Source: Tubulanus polymorphus (lineage: Eukaryota > Animalia > Nemertea). Taken from it: a stretch of 64,000 nt of DNA. Under the pieces are notes generated by a model. That model had not been told where the DNA came from and did not search any database. It worked only from the letters and a program-made list of their open reading frames with translations. Shown in pieces: positions 1-13,802 of the stretch. The stretch lies in NCBI RefSeq assembly GCF_964204645.1, contig NC_134028.1:4154001-4218000 (forward strand), given 5' to 3'. Position 1 is the stretch's first letter; each line of letters opens with the position of its first letter. The position numbers were made by a program, and so were the translations under genes.

Positions 1-290
1 TCAATATTAGTGTTTCAGAATAAAACTTACAATTGGGAATATTCTATTTGTACAAAAAGGTTCACAGCCTCTATTTCATGAATTTTCATTTGATTCTAAT
101 AATGCATTTAAATTGAAATTAGGACATTGTGCGAGTGGATGTGCACTACGTCATCAATACTGGGGCTCGACTGGTTGGTGGTCAATTGTCGATAATTCGA
201 AATTCAAGATATTTTGTTGGTCCTGAATATTTCTTTATATATTATATTATATCAATCACTGTCGACAATATTAAGAAATATATATACAAG
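1..290 (+). repeat. Dispersed repeat, diverged direct copy of about 10700-10975
   Basis: Shared blocks in the same order: TCAATATT.G.GTTTCA.AATAA, GCAC.ACGTCATCAATA, TTGGTCCT.AATATT, TGTCGACA.TATTAAG.AATAT. Confidence 0.65.
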
Positions 291-1121
291 CGCAGGCCAC
301 TCCCTGAAGCAACAGGTCGAAGTCAATCACAGAATCTGGACCCATATCTATCATTTCTGAAAATAGAAATTCTCGGTAAAACTATCATTGTCATATATAT
401 GATTGGTTACATTATTTTCTAGTAAATAATCACATTCGTTTGTTTGTGAAACAAACAAACAAATACGTTCTCGATAAATAGAACATTGTGTTGCGTGTAT
501 GCACACAATACGTATATCATTACAATAAAAACGGGCGAGGTATTTCTTGGAACTGGTTCCGCTCGGTAAATCCGACTGGATTCCAGGTAAAGCCATCATT
601 GCAGCGACACCCGCCATTTCAACTGTTAGCAGTATACCATCAGTACAGATGTTACCTCGAGTCGCGATGGTCTATCGTATTATTTTTCGTGTTGTTTTGA
701 GGCTGTTATAGTGTCACCAAAGTTCAAGGAACTCGGGTCCATTTTTAGTTCGTTTTCTAGATAAACAACATGTTTTCATTTCCAATTCGAGTATGTATCG
801 ACCGTCACAGCCGAGTTGGAGCTTCCATTCATCGCTTCACATAACGACAGATTCTAATCGATATTGTCGTTCAAGAAAATAATAAAATTGTTTGCAACCA
901 AATAAAGATGTAACCGTACTTCAGTTTATTAAATGAATGTTCCACAGAGGCGTGGATCAACGGGAAACGTGCGTAAAAAACATGGATTCTAAAACGAATC
1001 GGAGTCCATGGTAAAAACTCGCACGTACGTATCAGTGCACAGTCTTCATCTGTGAACACCTCTTTCCTTTGATCGCGTAAAACTACTAACACCACATGAC
1101 TGGTCGATTGCCTCCTTTAGC

Positions 1122-1124
<3 letters not shown>

Positions 1125-1186
<62 letters not shown>
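1125..1186. repeat. Interrupted (TA)n microsatellite
   Basis: Two (TA)n runs separated by a G and an A-run. Confidence 0.9.
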
Positions 1187-4100
1187 GGATATCTCTGTTT
1201 CCAGGAAATGTCTCGTACCAGTTTCAGATAACCTTGAGGTTCGTATATTGAAAAAAAAACCGCTCAATTATACCCGAGTTATCAGTTGTATACCGAACCT
1301 GCGATAAGGAAACTTCGGCCTCACATTCTTTAATTCAAAGAAAAGTTCGCTGGTAAGGTGTAATCCTACGTGCAGTTTTCTCACCGAACATGAAACACAC
1401 CCGACTGTCTATTCCAAATACCAAATCTGAAAGGTCAAGAAAAACGATAAGAGGCGACGCACCCCGTTTTAAAGGAAAGGGGTATCTTGATTCTTGTATA
1501 AGTTGCGTCGAAATATCACACTATCTATATCCGTGTCTGTTCGTAGTTTTTTCTTTCGTGTTCTTAGCTCTCAAGTCTATGATCTAGATCAATCTATTGT
1601 TTTTGTATAATGAATGATACCAACAGGCTGTCAAGTGGTCTTTGAAAAAAGCAGATGAAAATAGGGATACTCCTATTGGCATATTTTAAGTATAGATTCT
1701 AGATTGCTGGACAAGGCCGGGAATTGACTCACAAATATATATTGTTTTTTACTTATGCTACGGGAATGCTCCAAACATGAAAACATGTACGTCATTAAAT
1801 AGACAATCAACGCAACAACAATACGTGTGAGTCAAAATCATTTCTTAAAAGCGCAGTGTAATCAAGTATCGATATAGCATCCCTCAAGGGCGGGTACAAA
1901 CATAGCCAAACGGTAGGAAACCGGTACGACAAAAAAGAAAAAAACAGTATATTTCATGGCGTGCGAGGTGTTCATTTTGCACAAAAAAATGAAAACGAGA
2001 ATAGGTTATTTTCTTTTCTAAAATCTACCCCATTTCTGAAGTCAATTTTGCACGTTGAACACCCAACTTCTGGCTACGGGCATACTATGCTAGTCGTCTT
2101 CGTTCCCTCCGAAAGTACGTCTGTCGACATGACCTCTGCCATAACATGATTTTACCCTTCCAGGTCACATTAATTGCACCCGTATTCCAAGAAATCATGT
2201 CAACCACACATATCACATTAGAGTTCCGGTTGGTCATTCGACTGGTCAACTACTGCACCCACCACAGCTGAACACAATCATCGGTTACGTAGATTGAACT
2301 CCTGTTCATTTTCCGGATTCTACTTATATGGAATATGAATTCTCGTAATAATGAAAATATGAACAACTTTTAAACACCAAATCAAACGTTATAAGAGAAG
2401 TACATGATAAAAGAAGACAAATAATGATAAAATGGGAAACGATTTTACTTGGGTTTTCAATTTCAGACAACACCGATAAGAGTTAATTATCTGTACTTAT
2501 GTGATTAGAATTAGGGATGCAATGAATCTATATACAAGCATCAGACCATCTTGGATAATATACAAAAATCCATCCTTTAAGAATGCACTGCACTTAAAGG
2601 TTTGCACGCGATGTCAGGACGAGAAGTTCATGATAAAATCGCATTCAATCTTCTTGGAAAAACATTATCAATAATCGGATAATTGCAATTCAAATATAGA
2701 TAAGCGACTATAATTAGTATTGATAGAAACATGTAGCCGTTCTGTTACGCGGAATTATACTAAATTTTCTACAGCTTGAAGTTTGAACCCGCGTACGAGT
2801 TATTTGAATAACGGTATAGTATCGATTCGTGAAAAAAAGAAGATCGAAACGGTAACGGAAAATCTTATCGTTTACTGAAAATCGTTCGTTCTTTTGCGTA
2901 ACATTCACACAAAATTCATACAAAGGAATCGCATGACACAAATAAAGAAATGGAAAGATCATGGTACATTCTAACGGATTCTATTTCTGGCTACGGACTG
3001 GAACACCAACTGGAATCATTACTTTATGGTTATTATCCTTGACCTAGAGACTTCTGGAGAGACTTGCGGTTTAGGTTTTTCTTGTAAGATTTATAGCGAC
3101 AAACCGATTTCCATTCATTATATATCGGAGGTTTTCGTGAATGAAGAAGAACAGTGGGTTGTTTACAATTTTCGTTTTATGAACGAAACTAGATCCTTGA
3201 TTGCGGTTAAAGGCCCTATCTCTTAACCGGAACACGGACTAAGCCTAATATGCACTGATTATTATTTCACAGGCTTGGTTCCAATTCAGTTTGTTTACTT
3301 CTAACTCATCAGGGGTCTAGACGTGATGGGTATGTCGTTAGATTCTTGACACGTTCATCTGCCAATTCTCAGTCCCAGCATAACGAAATGGTAAGGATCC
3401 TTGTAAATGAAAACACTGAACAACCAAAACTGTTTATCGGTCTTCTGATGAGCGTGCACGAATTTAGATGGTCAGCAAAAAGGATAATTGAAAACACTTT
3501 TCTATTTCAAAGACTATAGAAACCGGCGATCTCGGATACGAGATAATTGGTTTCGATGAAATAAATCGAATGAATACACGAAGACTCGTGACTCTGTATA
3601 GGATGACACGGTGGGCGCCGTATGCGAGGATTTGAAACTGACCGCCATCTGTTCCGAATCTGTCCTGTGGCGATTTTCTTTCCATAGATGACCAATTAAT
3701 TCAACATTCTGACCACAGCAGATTCGGGTAAATTGCACTATTAAATAGAATGTTATGATAGTTCACGTTGGTCCGTTTCCCAGAAATTATACACCGTTAA
3801 CAACTGTCCATTACTTCATATATTCTCCTGTTCGGTGAACTTTCCAAGAACTCCGCCTGATGTCATATCACGTAACAATGCGTGGTCGAACTGCTGACAA
3901 CATCTGCAGATGTATATACATGATCCTCAGTTTAAAGCGCTCGTATTTTTAAAGATTTTTATGAAAACTAATGATACCGATACCGGTACCGTATACATTG
4001 TACCGGTACCGTATACATTGTACCAGGCGTTTAAAGTTCTCTGACGGCATTAAGAAAATGTCTAACTTTTTGCTTATAGCGCAGGGAGCTTCTCCCACCT

Positions 4101-6427
4101 CCCTGGGTAGAGTGAGAGCAGTGTTGCCGCTTCGATGGACTATATATTTCTACGCTCACGCTTCCCTTTACCCGATTATCTGTTACCGTTGGCGTTTGCA
4201 CCGACCCTGGCAGTAGAGGTTGCCATACCGCGCGCGGCAGGCCGTCTGACATTATTAATAGTGGAGTTTCCAGGAAACTAGTACATTCAACAACAGATTG
4301 CTGTATTAATAGTCGTAACTCCCATAATGATATATTACTGCCATATGCAAAAAGTATATATTTGGACTACATATTCGTACGTTAATCAATGAAGTTTCTT
4401 TTTGTAAAATGATATCTATGATGCGTAATTTGTAAATGTGTCTTTGTATATTTTTGTTTCGAATGACTTTTACTCCGTCAGATCTCGTAATTCTTTGCGA
4501 AGTGTGCCCGAGATAATCATTTGCGGTTTCTTTCAATGTAGCGTATATTTGCTTTTTGACCCGTGTTGTCAGTTTCTGTATGGAACGCCAAGTTATTCGC
4601 GTTTCAACAAAACGGAATTGACCGCAGAGTACGCCATTCATTACACTGCGCGAACGGATTAACAGACGATCTCGTTTTCCTGGAAATACTTCTTCTGCTC
4701 TGGCGTTGATCCAAGTAGAAAGCGCTGTCAACGCGCTATTCCATAAAATACATCTATTTTTTACTCGTCGATTCCATTATAAGATATCTCATTTTCTATT
4801 GTTATCAATCTTGCGACCGGAGATTGACCCTGCTTCCCACGAACCGAGGAACAGGGATGCGACATCGAAATTATCTCAATTCATTTTGAATTATTTCTCA
4901 TGGACGAATAAGATCTGAATTTTAAAAACATTAAGAAGATACATCATTAGAAAATTGCTACATGAAGAAAATGCATATAAATACCACCTAACGCGGTAGC
5001 GTCGGGACTGAAAATATCTATGTCAGCGTGATAACCGGAGAATTTGAAAGTTTTTCCTAATTAATTTTCGTACAATGAATTACCGAAACTCGAGCGATTT
5101 ACCGAGTTGGCCAGTTCCGAGTAAGGAGTCTAAAACTGTTGAAAGGGTTATAAATAAAAGCATGGGAAATGATGCGTGGGGTTTAAGTCTACTTTAACAA
5201 ATTAACATTCCCTGCCGTTTCAACATGCGCTAAGAAAAATACGAAAACTCGCGCCGAAGAATTGGCGAAAACACGAACAAATCTCTACGTAAAACTATTA
5301 CATGTTGCGGTTTCGTGACAAAAATTTAGCCGTCCACTTGGAAAATGCTCTCCTACGCACACTTTCCTTATTTTCGTGTAATGATGTATTGTTTGCTCAG
5401 GCGACGACGGCGGAATCGACAAGTGCCGGAGTACTACATTATGGCGTGAAATATCGTAGTACGAAATTAATGATTTTTCCATCTATCAAAACATATCCTT
5501 ACGATATTACGCGTTATTTAGTAGCGCAGTTCCGTGGTTAAAATAAGATTCGGAGCGAAAACAATAATCTAAGAGTTTACAGCTGTTCAGCGTAAATAGC
5601 AAATTATTTCAGATGGGGTTTTTTCATACAATGTAGAGTTGGGATTACAATGTACCTGTCCTGTTTTCGTTATGAGCAATAGTGTGGAAATGTTTAAATT
5701 CTGCAAAAATTTGTTTAAAGGTAAAACAATGTACATTGTTGTCCGGTACACTTTGATAAAAAAAGATTCTCATATACGAGGAACCGATTTCAATAATCCG
5801 AAATCAAATTAACATTGTTCATTCATTTCTTTAGTTAAAAAATATCAATTTTATTCGTCATTTTAAAAATCTATTTTTTTCAGAGCTCAGTACGCTACAT
5901 CGCTCGAAACTTGAATGAATATAATAGTTTTTTGATCTGTCAATATTTAATAATAATGATAATAATAAAATTTTCTTTTTTACATACCATTACAATATAT
6001 ATAGCTCGGTACATATATGTACATGATGTACACCAACTATATATTGATTCAGTTTTCCATTTAAGTTCCACTTATGTACATCAGGTCTATAGCATAAAAA
6101 TGTATTGCACAAAATATATTATCATTTAGTAATATTATAAACACATAATTTTAATTATATATTAAGACCCTTTGTCGTCGGTTTTATATTGAGATATACT
6201 GCATTTGCAGAACAACAAATCCCTGTAATATCATATACATGTAGTCCAATTCATAACATATAAAATAATCCATAATTTCTTCCAACCCGTACGCGTTATA
6301 TATCAGAAAGTTAGTTCTCATTTCTATACCCGGTCTTGTATTCGATTAGTAATAAATTAAATCCATATTATCACAGATATCGTGTGTGTTAAATCCAAAC
6401 ATACTTTCGCCGGCGATTGTTTCCTTT

Positions 6428-7621
6428 TTACAAAGGGTATGGATACTGACTTAGATAGCTTTTCAATAAATTAGGTAATGGCAGTCGATGTACGTCCGCG
6501 GATGGATTTCTCAAAGTTCGACAAATTGCTTTACGTGAGCAGTGTTTCATCATTGGGACGCATTTCAACACAGGCTTCGTGATTTTGACAGGTAAATCGC
6601 GCCGTCCTGTGCTGTCCAATAGTACCCGTCGACCCGACTTTCCTTGTACTCTCTTCACGTAGTACATTATCAAGCTAATCACACAGTCAAACGTAGGCAT
6701 TCTAGTTTTGAGACAGTCCTCGCTATCCAAACGAAATTTACCCTTATGATACTCGATTCGAACGCTTGTCGTACCGCGGGGAGTTTTCAGACTCAGCGAG
6801 AACAAGTGATTCGGGTCGGAACTGTCGCGAAGCAAGAACGACCCGTTTTGCTTGCCCTCCAAAAGCTCAGTGGCTTCTTTACTCGAAAGCCCTTCATAGT
6901 AAAATCCACTGATGTACAAACGATGCATTACAGACTTTAAGCTCGAATAATCCTGTTCTGAGGTAAAAGGTATATACACAGGTGGACAGGCCACCGAATT
7001 GTCGGTTTCTAAACCACGAGAAGTACTGACCGTCGATGATTCGTCACCACAAGTTTCCGAGGTTGAAGTTGGCACATCTGGAACGTTAAAAACCACAGAT
7101 TCGAAAGAACACAACAAATTAGGGCTACACTGCTGTTGATCGTCGTCGCAAGTTTGTCCGGCAAAACTATCGCTACTCGTGCTGGCGACCGGCTGTAACA
7201 GATCTGACGACGAGTCCTGTGTAGTTTGTACTCGAAAAAAGTCGCTGCCGCTATTTTTTGCAACTGTATCAAACAGACAAAGTTGAGGAATGTCATGATT
7301 ATGATGAGATAGTAATCCTTTTGCTGCCGAATTAGTAGACGTTGAGGTGAGCTGGGCACCTCTTGAGTTTTGGCCGCAGTTGTCCACGCACTGCGGATTT
7401 GTAATCCGTTTGTAGCCATCGTTAGTAACACTGGGCTGCTGTACATCGAGTTGCTGTGGTTGCTTGGACATCACCAGGCATCTGGACCTTGTTTTATAAA
7501 ACAGGTCATTCGATGACAATAATTTCACACCTTTAATGAGTTTAAAACATTTTGACGCTGTCGCTTTTAGATTAGTTGATCGGTTGCTGTTCGGGACACT
7601 CACTGAAAAACTGTTCGTCAT
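6428..7621 (-). CDS. Suppressor of cytokine signaling, SOCS2/CISH-like (SH2 + SOCS box), intronless CDS
   Basis: SH2 domain (GFYYEGLSSKEATELL...GSFLLRDSSDPNHLFSLSLKTPRGTTSVRI) and C-terminal SOCS box (VPMMKHCSRKAI...LPLPNLLKSYLSQYPYPL). The ORF track starts at a TTG (7672); the first in-frame ATG is 7621 and the reading frame has no ATG further upstream. Confidence 0.93.
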   Translation of the reverse strand: MTNSFSVSVPNSNRSTNLKATASKCFKLIKGVKLLSSNDLFYKTRSRCLVMSKQPQQLDVQQPSVTNDGYKRITNPQCVDNCGQNSRGAQLTSTSTNSAAKGLLSHHNHDIPQLCLFDTVAKNSGSDFFRVQTTQDSSSDLLQPVASTSSDSFAGQTCDDDQQQCSPNLLCSFESVVFNVPDVPTSTSETCGDESSTVSTSRGLETDNSVACPPVYIPFTSEQDYSSLKSVMHRLYISGFYYEGLSSKEATELLEGKQNGSFLLRDSSDPNHLFSLSLKTPRGTTSVRIEYHKGKFRLDSEDCLKTRMPTFDCVISLIMYYVKRVQGKSGRRVLLDSTGRRDLPVKITKPVLKCVPMMKHCSRKAICRTLRNPSADVHRLPLPNLLKSYLSQYPYPL

Positions 7622-7739
7622 TGACTTGATGTATAAATTTTCGCACGAAAGTTTCTTCTTTTCAGATTTCAAACACGAACTCCTGAGAGGTGTGTAGAGT
7701 AGTACTGTCTCTGGCAGCTGTTCGAATATTACTGAACTA

Positions 7740-8025
7740 GTTAGTGATTGCGTATAGCACGCGCGAGTTCACTATATACCGTTCCACTGTGTTCGTAGTA
7801 CTGGTTCTTGCCTAACGTGTCGATGATAAGGTTTTACGCTGAAATCTAGCAAGAAAATGAGCTGTATCTGCGGTTCTTCTTCTAACTGAATGACACGTCT
7901 GACGGCGAGAGCAGCAATTCTTCGAATTAACCCCTCGATGCTCGACCTGACCCAGTTTGATAGATTCCAGGAAACGTATATAACCTAACTAAGCATTGCG
8001 CTACGTCACCGAATTTCCAGGAATC
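7740..8025 (-). promoter_or_regulatory. Putative SOCS promoter: TATA-like box, Inr-like element, GAS sites
   Basis: Minus-strand GTATATAG at about 7772-7779, roughly 30 bp upstream of an Inr-like TCACT (7743-7747). GAS sites TTCCAGGAA at 7965 and 8015, TTCTTCGAA at 7918, CRE-like TACGTCA at about 8002. Confidence 0.6.
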
Positions 8026-10699
8026 CGCGTAGTTGTATCGCCCAATTCTGCAATCCGATAAAAAGCTCATACATAATACACTACAAAAACTGCTGGAATC
8101 CTTCTACCAACATACTAAAAATAATTAGCAATATTTTGATATGAATATTTACGCGTTAAAGACGTTGATTCGATACTATAGCCGCAAAGCATTCAGATGT
8201 CGTCGCAACATTAGAAAAACAAAATGGCGGACAAAAATATCAAAATTTCGTTTTGAAGATTGATATTCATGATAAATACAGGCGCTAATAATCAAATTTC
8301 GTGGTAAGATTAAAATTCATGTTTGCTCTCACTACTGCTTCGCGGTTACGATTCAAATCTATGACGCTCAGGTGGGCCATTGTTGTGATTTATGACTTTC
8401 GAAAAAATAATCTTCTAAACGCTGCAGACAAAGCAAACTAGATAGTGCCAATTGAGTACACTAGATGGCGCCACAAGACGTTCATCGCAATCTTAACTTT
8501 CGCGCGCGGGTTGGTTCGAATCCACGAAATGCGTATCTTTTTTTAAACATTTTGTATCATCTAAAAATGGGATCAAAAGTTTTTTTCTGAAAAAGGCGAC
8601 TGATAAGTTCAAAAATTTCCTTAACGTTATTAGTCATTTTACTTGTCACGAGGGCAGTGCTTTCGGTGCAGATCTTGGACTGGTGAAGCCTGAAATACTC
8701 AACCAATCCCAGGGTAGTGTCTGAATAAAGTTTCTTTTTTTACATTAGAGTTTGAAACTGAACCTTTCGTGGTTGAACAGGGACGTAGTAGTTTTAGAAA
8801 TTGCTTTGAATTCTATGAAAACTGAAAAAAAGAAACTTATTGAGCCGCCTTTGTACCCACGTTCATAGATACCAATAATTGGATAATCTGTGAAATGAAA
8901 GCTACATAAAAAGTCTTGTCTGGAATTCTGGAATTTTCGTAGAATCTTTAATGCAATTTTGTCTCCGTTCTATACATGTATTGGTTATTCAAGCGCAATG
9001 CAAATAAGTGAAAACTTTTAATATATGTTTGTACAGACAAAAATACGGTACGTAGAAAAACGGAGAAAAAACTATTTTCTGAGAATTTTCGTTTGATTGG
9101 ATATTTATCTAGGCTTCCTAGAGTCGGTTTTTTAGTCAGATCAATAAACTGCGTGTAGATCGTTAGCAGAGGTGTTAAACTGCCATGGAAATAACAAAAC
9201 TTCGATGCGTTCCCTGTTAGTAGAAATGGGAATTCGATATCATCATTGTGGGCGAGAAGTTTTCACGGTATCAAAACTTTTGTCGCGAAACCCAGTAGAA
9301 ATAGGTACAAAGTTGATAACTTGAAAATGGTTTCTCTTTAAAAGTGACGAAAATATGTATGATTTCTGTGAAACGATCGATTATTCGTGCTATAAAAATA
9401 GACGATACGTCGACGAGAAATGTCGAAATTTTTTTCAGAATGTTGCGAATGAATGAATAATAATCAAGTCATGCGATGAATTTGATATGTAATAATCTTT
9501 CTCGTGTAGAGCTTTTTAATGAATACATATTTTTTTCGACGCCTCTCACAGCATGTCGCACTGCCTACCAGTGATTGTAACGGGTTTTATTTAGACTCGT
9601 GTGATGGCGATTCCAAGAATTTATCAGTTTGATAAAAACCAGTCTAAAAATGGCGCGTCTTTTTCGATATCCAGGGTTGTATACGGCATTATTATATAAG
9701 GTATAAGGATAATATAAGGTCTGAAATTTCTATGACTAAACTGATATTTGGGATTACAAGAATTGATAAGATAATCTTGATGAAACGCTCTGTCCGATGA
9801 AATCTCAAATTGTATAAGAAAAAAAAAACGATTCAAAGGGTTGCCTAGAGGAAGTTTATTTCAACGCTTCCACTCTATATCTTCAAGAATACTAATGTGA
9901 TGATTAAAGCAATTTTAGTGTATAACTTAAATATATCTGCGAGATGACTGCGCAATTCCAAGAAAATCGGCGAGAAAAAAATGCGTCAATTTTCTAGAGG
10001 CTTCAAAAATCCCCCCTGGAAATTTGAAACATCGATCATGTGTTGCCTCTTAACTGTAAAGTCTATCGCCTCCTAATTGAAACACTGATATTCTAACGAT
10101 AGTTCGGTGGTGACGCCCGGGTAGTTTTCAAGTTTGAAATTACCAGAAAATTCTGGGAACCTGGTACCGATTTTACAAAAACCATCACCTCTTCATAGAT
10201 TCAACTCTGGTGTAACCTAATCGCACGGTTACGTTACATTTCTGATACGTATTACATACATACATATACATTCGTGTTCGTTTTCTCAGAAATCATGGGC
10301 GATGCCACCGCGCACCGTTATAAAAATGTCGTCTACATTTTGTCATTCCGTGATTAAAAAGACATTTTACTGTCAGCGTTATGTCGTATATAGTTTCAAA
10401 AGAAATTGCGCTGAAAATTACCTACATCGTTGACGATAGATTAACTGTTCTTTTGATTACATTCATGTAATTTGTAAAACTTTTTTTTTCATCCTTATCA
10501 TATTTGATCTTCTTTTGTGCGGCGTTGCTCTTTTTCGACTGTCAGCTGGATTGGGATTCATGAGGTAGGCCTAACCAATTTTAGGTGCGTACATATCAAT
10601 TCCCGTTCGACCAGTACCCGCGTTCTATATTGAAATATTGCAATGTTGTTTTTGACGCCGTAGAAACCGTTACAATTAATGTTAACACGACATTACAGT

Positions 10700-10975
10700 G
10701 TTAGTCGATGTGTACTACGTCATCAATATTGGCGTTTCATAATAACAATTACAATAATGAATTTGTCGTTTATTTTGTAATTGAATATGATATTTTAAAA
10801 CTTATTCTATTTTTTACAAATAAATTTGAGAGGATGCACCACGTCATCAATAATTATCGGCACCGGTCAATTCAATTCAATTATCGATATTCAAATCCAA
10901 AATAATTTTATTGGTCCTTAATATTATATGATTTATATCATATTATTTATTGTCGACACTATTAAGCAATATGTG
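10700..10975 (+). repeat. Dispersed repeat, copy of 1-290
   Basis: Same blocks as 1-290; two internal ACGTCATCAATA motifs. Confidence 0.65.
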
Positions 10976-13802
10976 TTATTTTTCTAGGCGTCAATAAACT
11001 TTCAAGTTAATTTTCTTGTTTTATGTTCGACGTTTCGGATCAGGAGAATATTCTACTGTTCTTTTTCTTTTAGGACTATTTTGAATTGATATTTATGTAT
11101 ATTGGCGACTCGTGTGTAAATATGGGGTTTTGGTTATTTACGTGGCGTGTTTCTCAATCAATCTAATTCCATCCTTATTTTCAAACCAACTTATCATAAT
11201 TCAACGAGATTTTCCTCCCGGTGTTGCGAAGATTTATCGCAAATTATATTTGTTCCGATTTGCATCTCTTCAATTCTCCACGTATAGCCTATTGGAAAAT
11301 AGACATCGCAGCCGTCATTAACTGAGACCTGAATTGATTTTTTCCTGCTGATTAAAAGTTTGATGCTAACAGCAATTTCAATAGTCTATTCGTGGAATTT
11401 AGTTAATTCAATATAAGTCGATGGGCATTTTGCTTATGTTAATCAAACCAGACACCGACGGTAGAGTGATTGTTCATATTTCCGCGCCCCAAGGCTGTTG
11501 GGGAACGTAAACTTGCTTTCTCTTGCTGTGTGATTATTTTCTTCAACTGGTTCTTGGAAATTCTTCCGCATTGAGACACACGATAAGACGCTGTTGATTC
11601 GTGTAGGCGGATTGTCGGTACGTAAATAAGAAATCACAAGATGAGCTCGGTGGTCGACGAATCCTTCTTAACGTGTTTTCGTTTCGTCTACAAATATAAC
11701 GAGTGGCGACAGGTTAAAGGCTACCCGCTAGAAAAGTCTCTATCCGAACTTTCCATCCCCTCGAAGCTGATAGTCGCTATAATCACGTCGCCACCGCTGA
11801 AATATTTTCATCAGGATTTTCTGCACGGCATTCCACACTCGTAAGCCGTATTTCCAGGAAAATTCAATTTGTTCGCTCCTTTTTATGTCAGGCGCTGTCG
11901 CTGATGTTGAGGCGAGACATAAGCGCCGCGCATCACTGAGTTATTGGCGTTCACCGAAAATCACATTATGCGCGATCTGTCTATAAAAGTATTTCAACAT
12001 AGATTTTCTATCCGCCCGAAACTTATCGCAAAATCGATTTCTTTTAAATCATCTTTCAGTCTAGACACACGTGTTAAGTTTACTAAGGGTTTTTTGGTAT
12101 GTTGCGGAGAAAAACCGCAACGACCTTTCGATTTCAGAAATATATCTGAAAAAGGTTCATCGAATAGCCACTTCATAGTAATTACTTATCTCAGGTATTA
12201 TTAGTATTGGAGATAATTGCGCAGGTAATAACACATTATTAACATCACGATAAACTCTTCCACAATTTTATCCATTATAATTTCCGCGAATCAGGTACCA
12301 ACCTTGGAGGGATTGTTATCTGTGTCGATGGGTTCAACTTCAGGTGGTAAAAATGTCATATATATTCTCCAATTTTCTGATCGTGTCACAAGCATCTGTC
12401 GGGGTGTCGATGGCATTTTGCCTGAATATTTCATGCAGAAAATGTACCTCTTACAGAGGTGAACTTGAAAGCGATCATCAGCGGTCAATGATCTCGTCTT
12501 CTTGCTACTCGTTAACTCAGTGGTCATTGAAAGGTTGACTTTTAATGGTTTGCTGTAACGAGCTTCGTTGCTGCGTCTATAATAATGAAGGATGTAGGTT
12601 TACAAAACCACTAAAATCAGAATTAATGTTTCCTTGCGATGAAACTATGAAAAATTGGTGCTGAATATTTGACTTTCAGCCAAAATCCGTCCGCTTTTTA
12701 CGTCGTTGCTTAGAAATTATCCAATAAAACCGGATCACTGATCGGGGCAGCCTTGTGTATAGCGTTCCAGGAATTACCATTACAATACTCAACCTGGCTG
12801 AGTTCTGGGAAATCGACTAGGCAAGCTCTATTTTCCGCATACCCTGGTTTGTGACACCTTTATACGGCTTCTGATTTGGATTGATAGGAGAATATTAATT
12901 AGATATCGATTTGGTTTGTAGGCCGCCGCAACACGGAGGAGAACATCGAGATGAAGGAGATTCCATGTTAATAGAATTAATTCAACTATTTTTGCACATC
13001 ATCCAGCCCCAATCAGCTTCACTGGGGTATGGAGTGTATGGGGATAGGGGCTGGTAATGTGTCGTTTTGCCGTATTAACATTATTAGCTATTTCTGGAAA
13101 GAGGGAATAAACTTATCGCGAAATATAACCCTCAGCTGATTACAAAGCGCAATTTTTCGTTTTTCTACGAAGCTAGTTTCTACGAAAAAGTCGTATACAA
13201 CAGGCCGGAACTTGTCTATGATATTTCATATCGTTTGCTGCTACCGTTACCGCCATCTGTATCAATGAATATATTTTGTAATTCATCGTCAGTTTTGGGT
13301 TTATATTTGTAAGCAATATTTGATAGCTTATTTATTGGTTTGGAACTGGGTCCCGAATAAAGGAAACTACAATCGATTTCGAGCCCAAACCGGCACACAT
13401 TGCGATACGTGAATCAAAAAAATTGCAATTCTCGGAAATTCATTCAATCAACGCGTGAATGTTGTGTTGTATATTGATTCAATATTCGTTTATTGGAGTG
13501 GCTTTGAAGAGATCGTGCTGATATCTTCTCATGTTTATATTTCCAGAATATTCATTCATAATTCGTTTTATGTCGATACCAGACACGAATTGCCGCGAGA
13601 TATTAGGGGGAAAAAACTTTGTATTATACAATTCAGTTTATTGCTTTTTTGAATGGGGACTTTAGGGCGGGGTGATAACTTTTAAGGATGAGGCTGATTG
13701 CACTGTCAGTCTGAGTAACTTTTCCGCAAACTAATAAAACATTGATAATATCGTTTGTTTTAGAATAGATATCCACACCTTTGTTATTTATATATTGTAG
13801 CG

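Noticed and set aside
3440-3470. CTGATGAG...GAA hammerhead-like motif
   Set aside because: No GAAA, no convincing stem II and no flanking helices.
3975-4025. 20-bp tandem duplication (TACCGGTACCGTATACATTG twice)
   Set aside because: Simple local slippage with no further structure.
4306-4731. 141-aa minus-strand ORF
   Set aside because: Non-ATG start, no recognisable domain and no splice support.
6644-7446. Overlapping ORFs (98 aa plus, 145 aa minus) inside SOCS
   Set aside because: Shadow frames with no recognisable domain.
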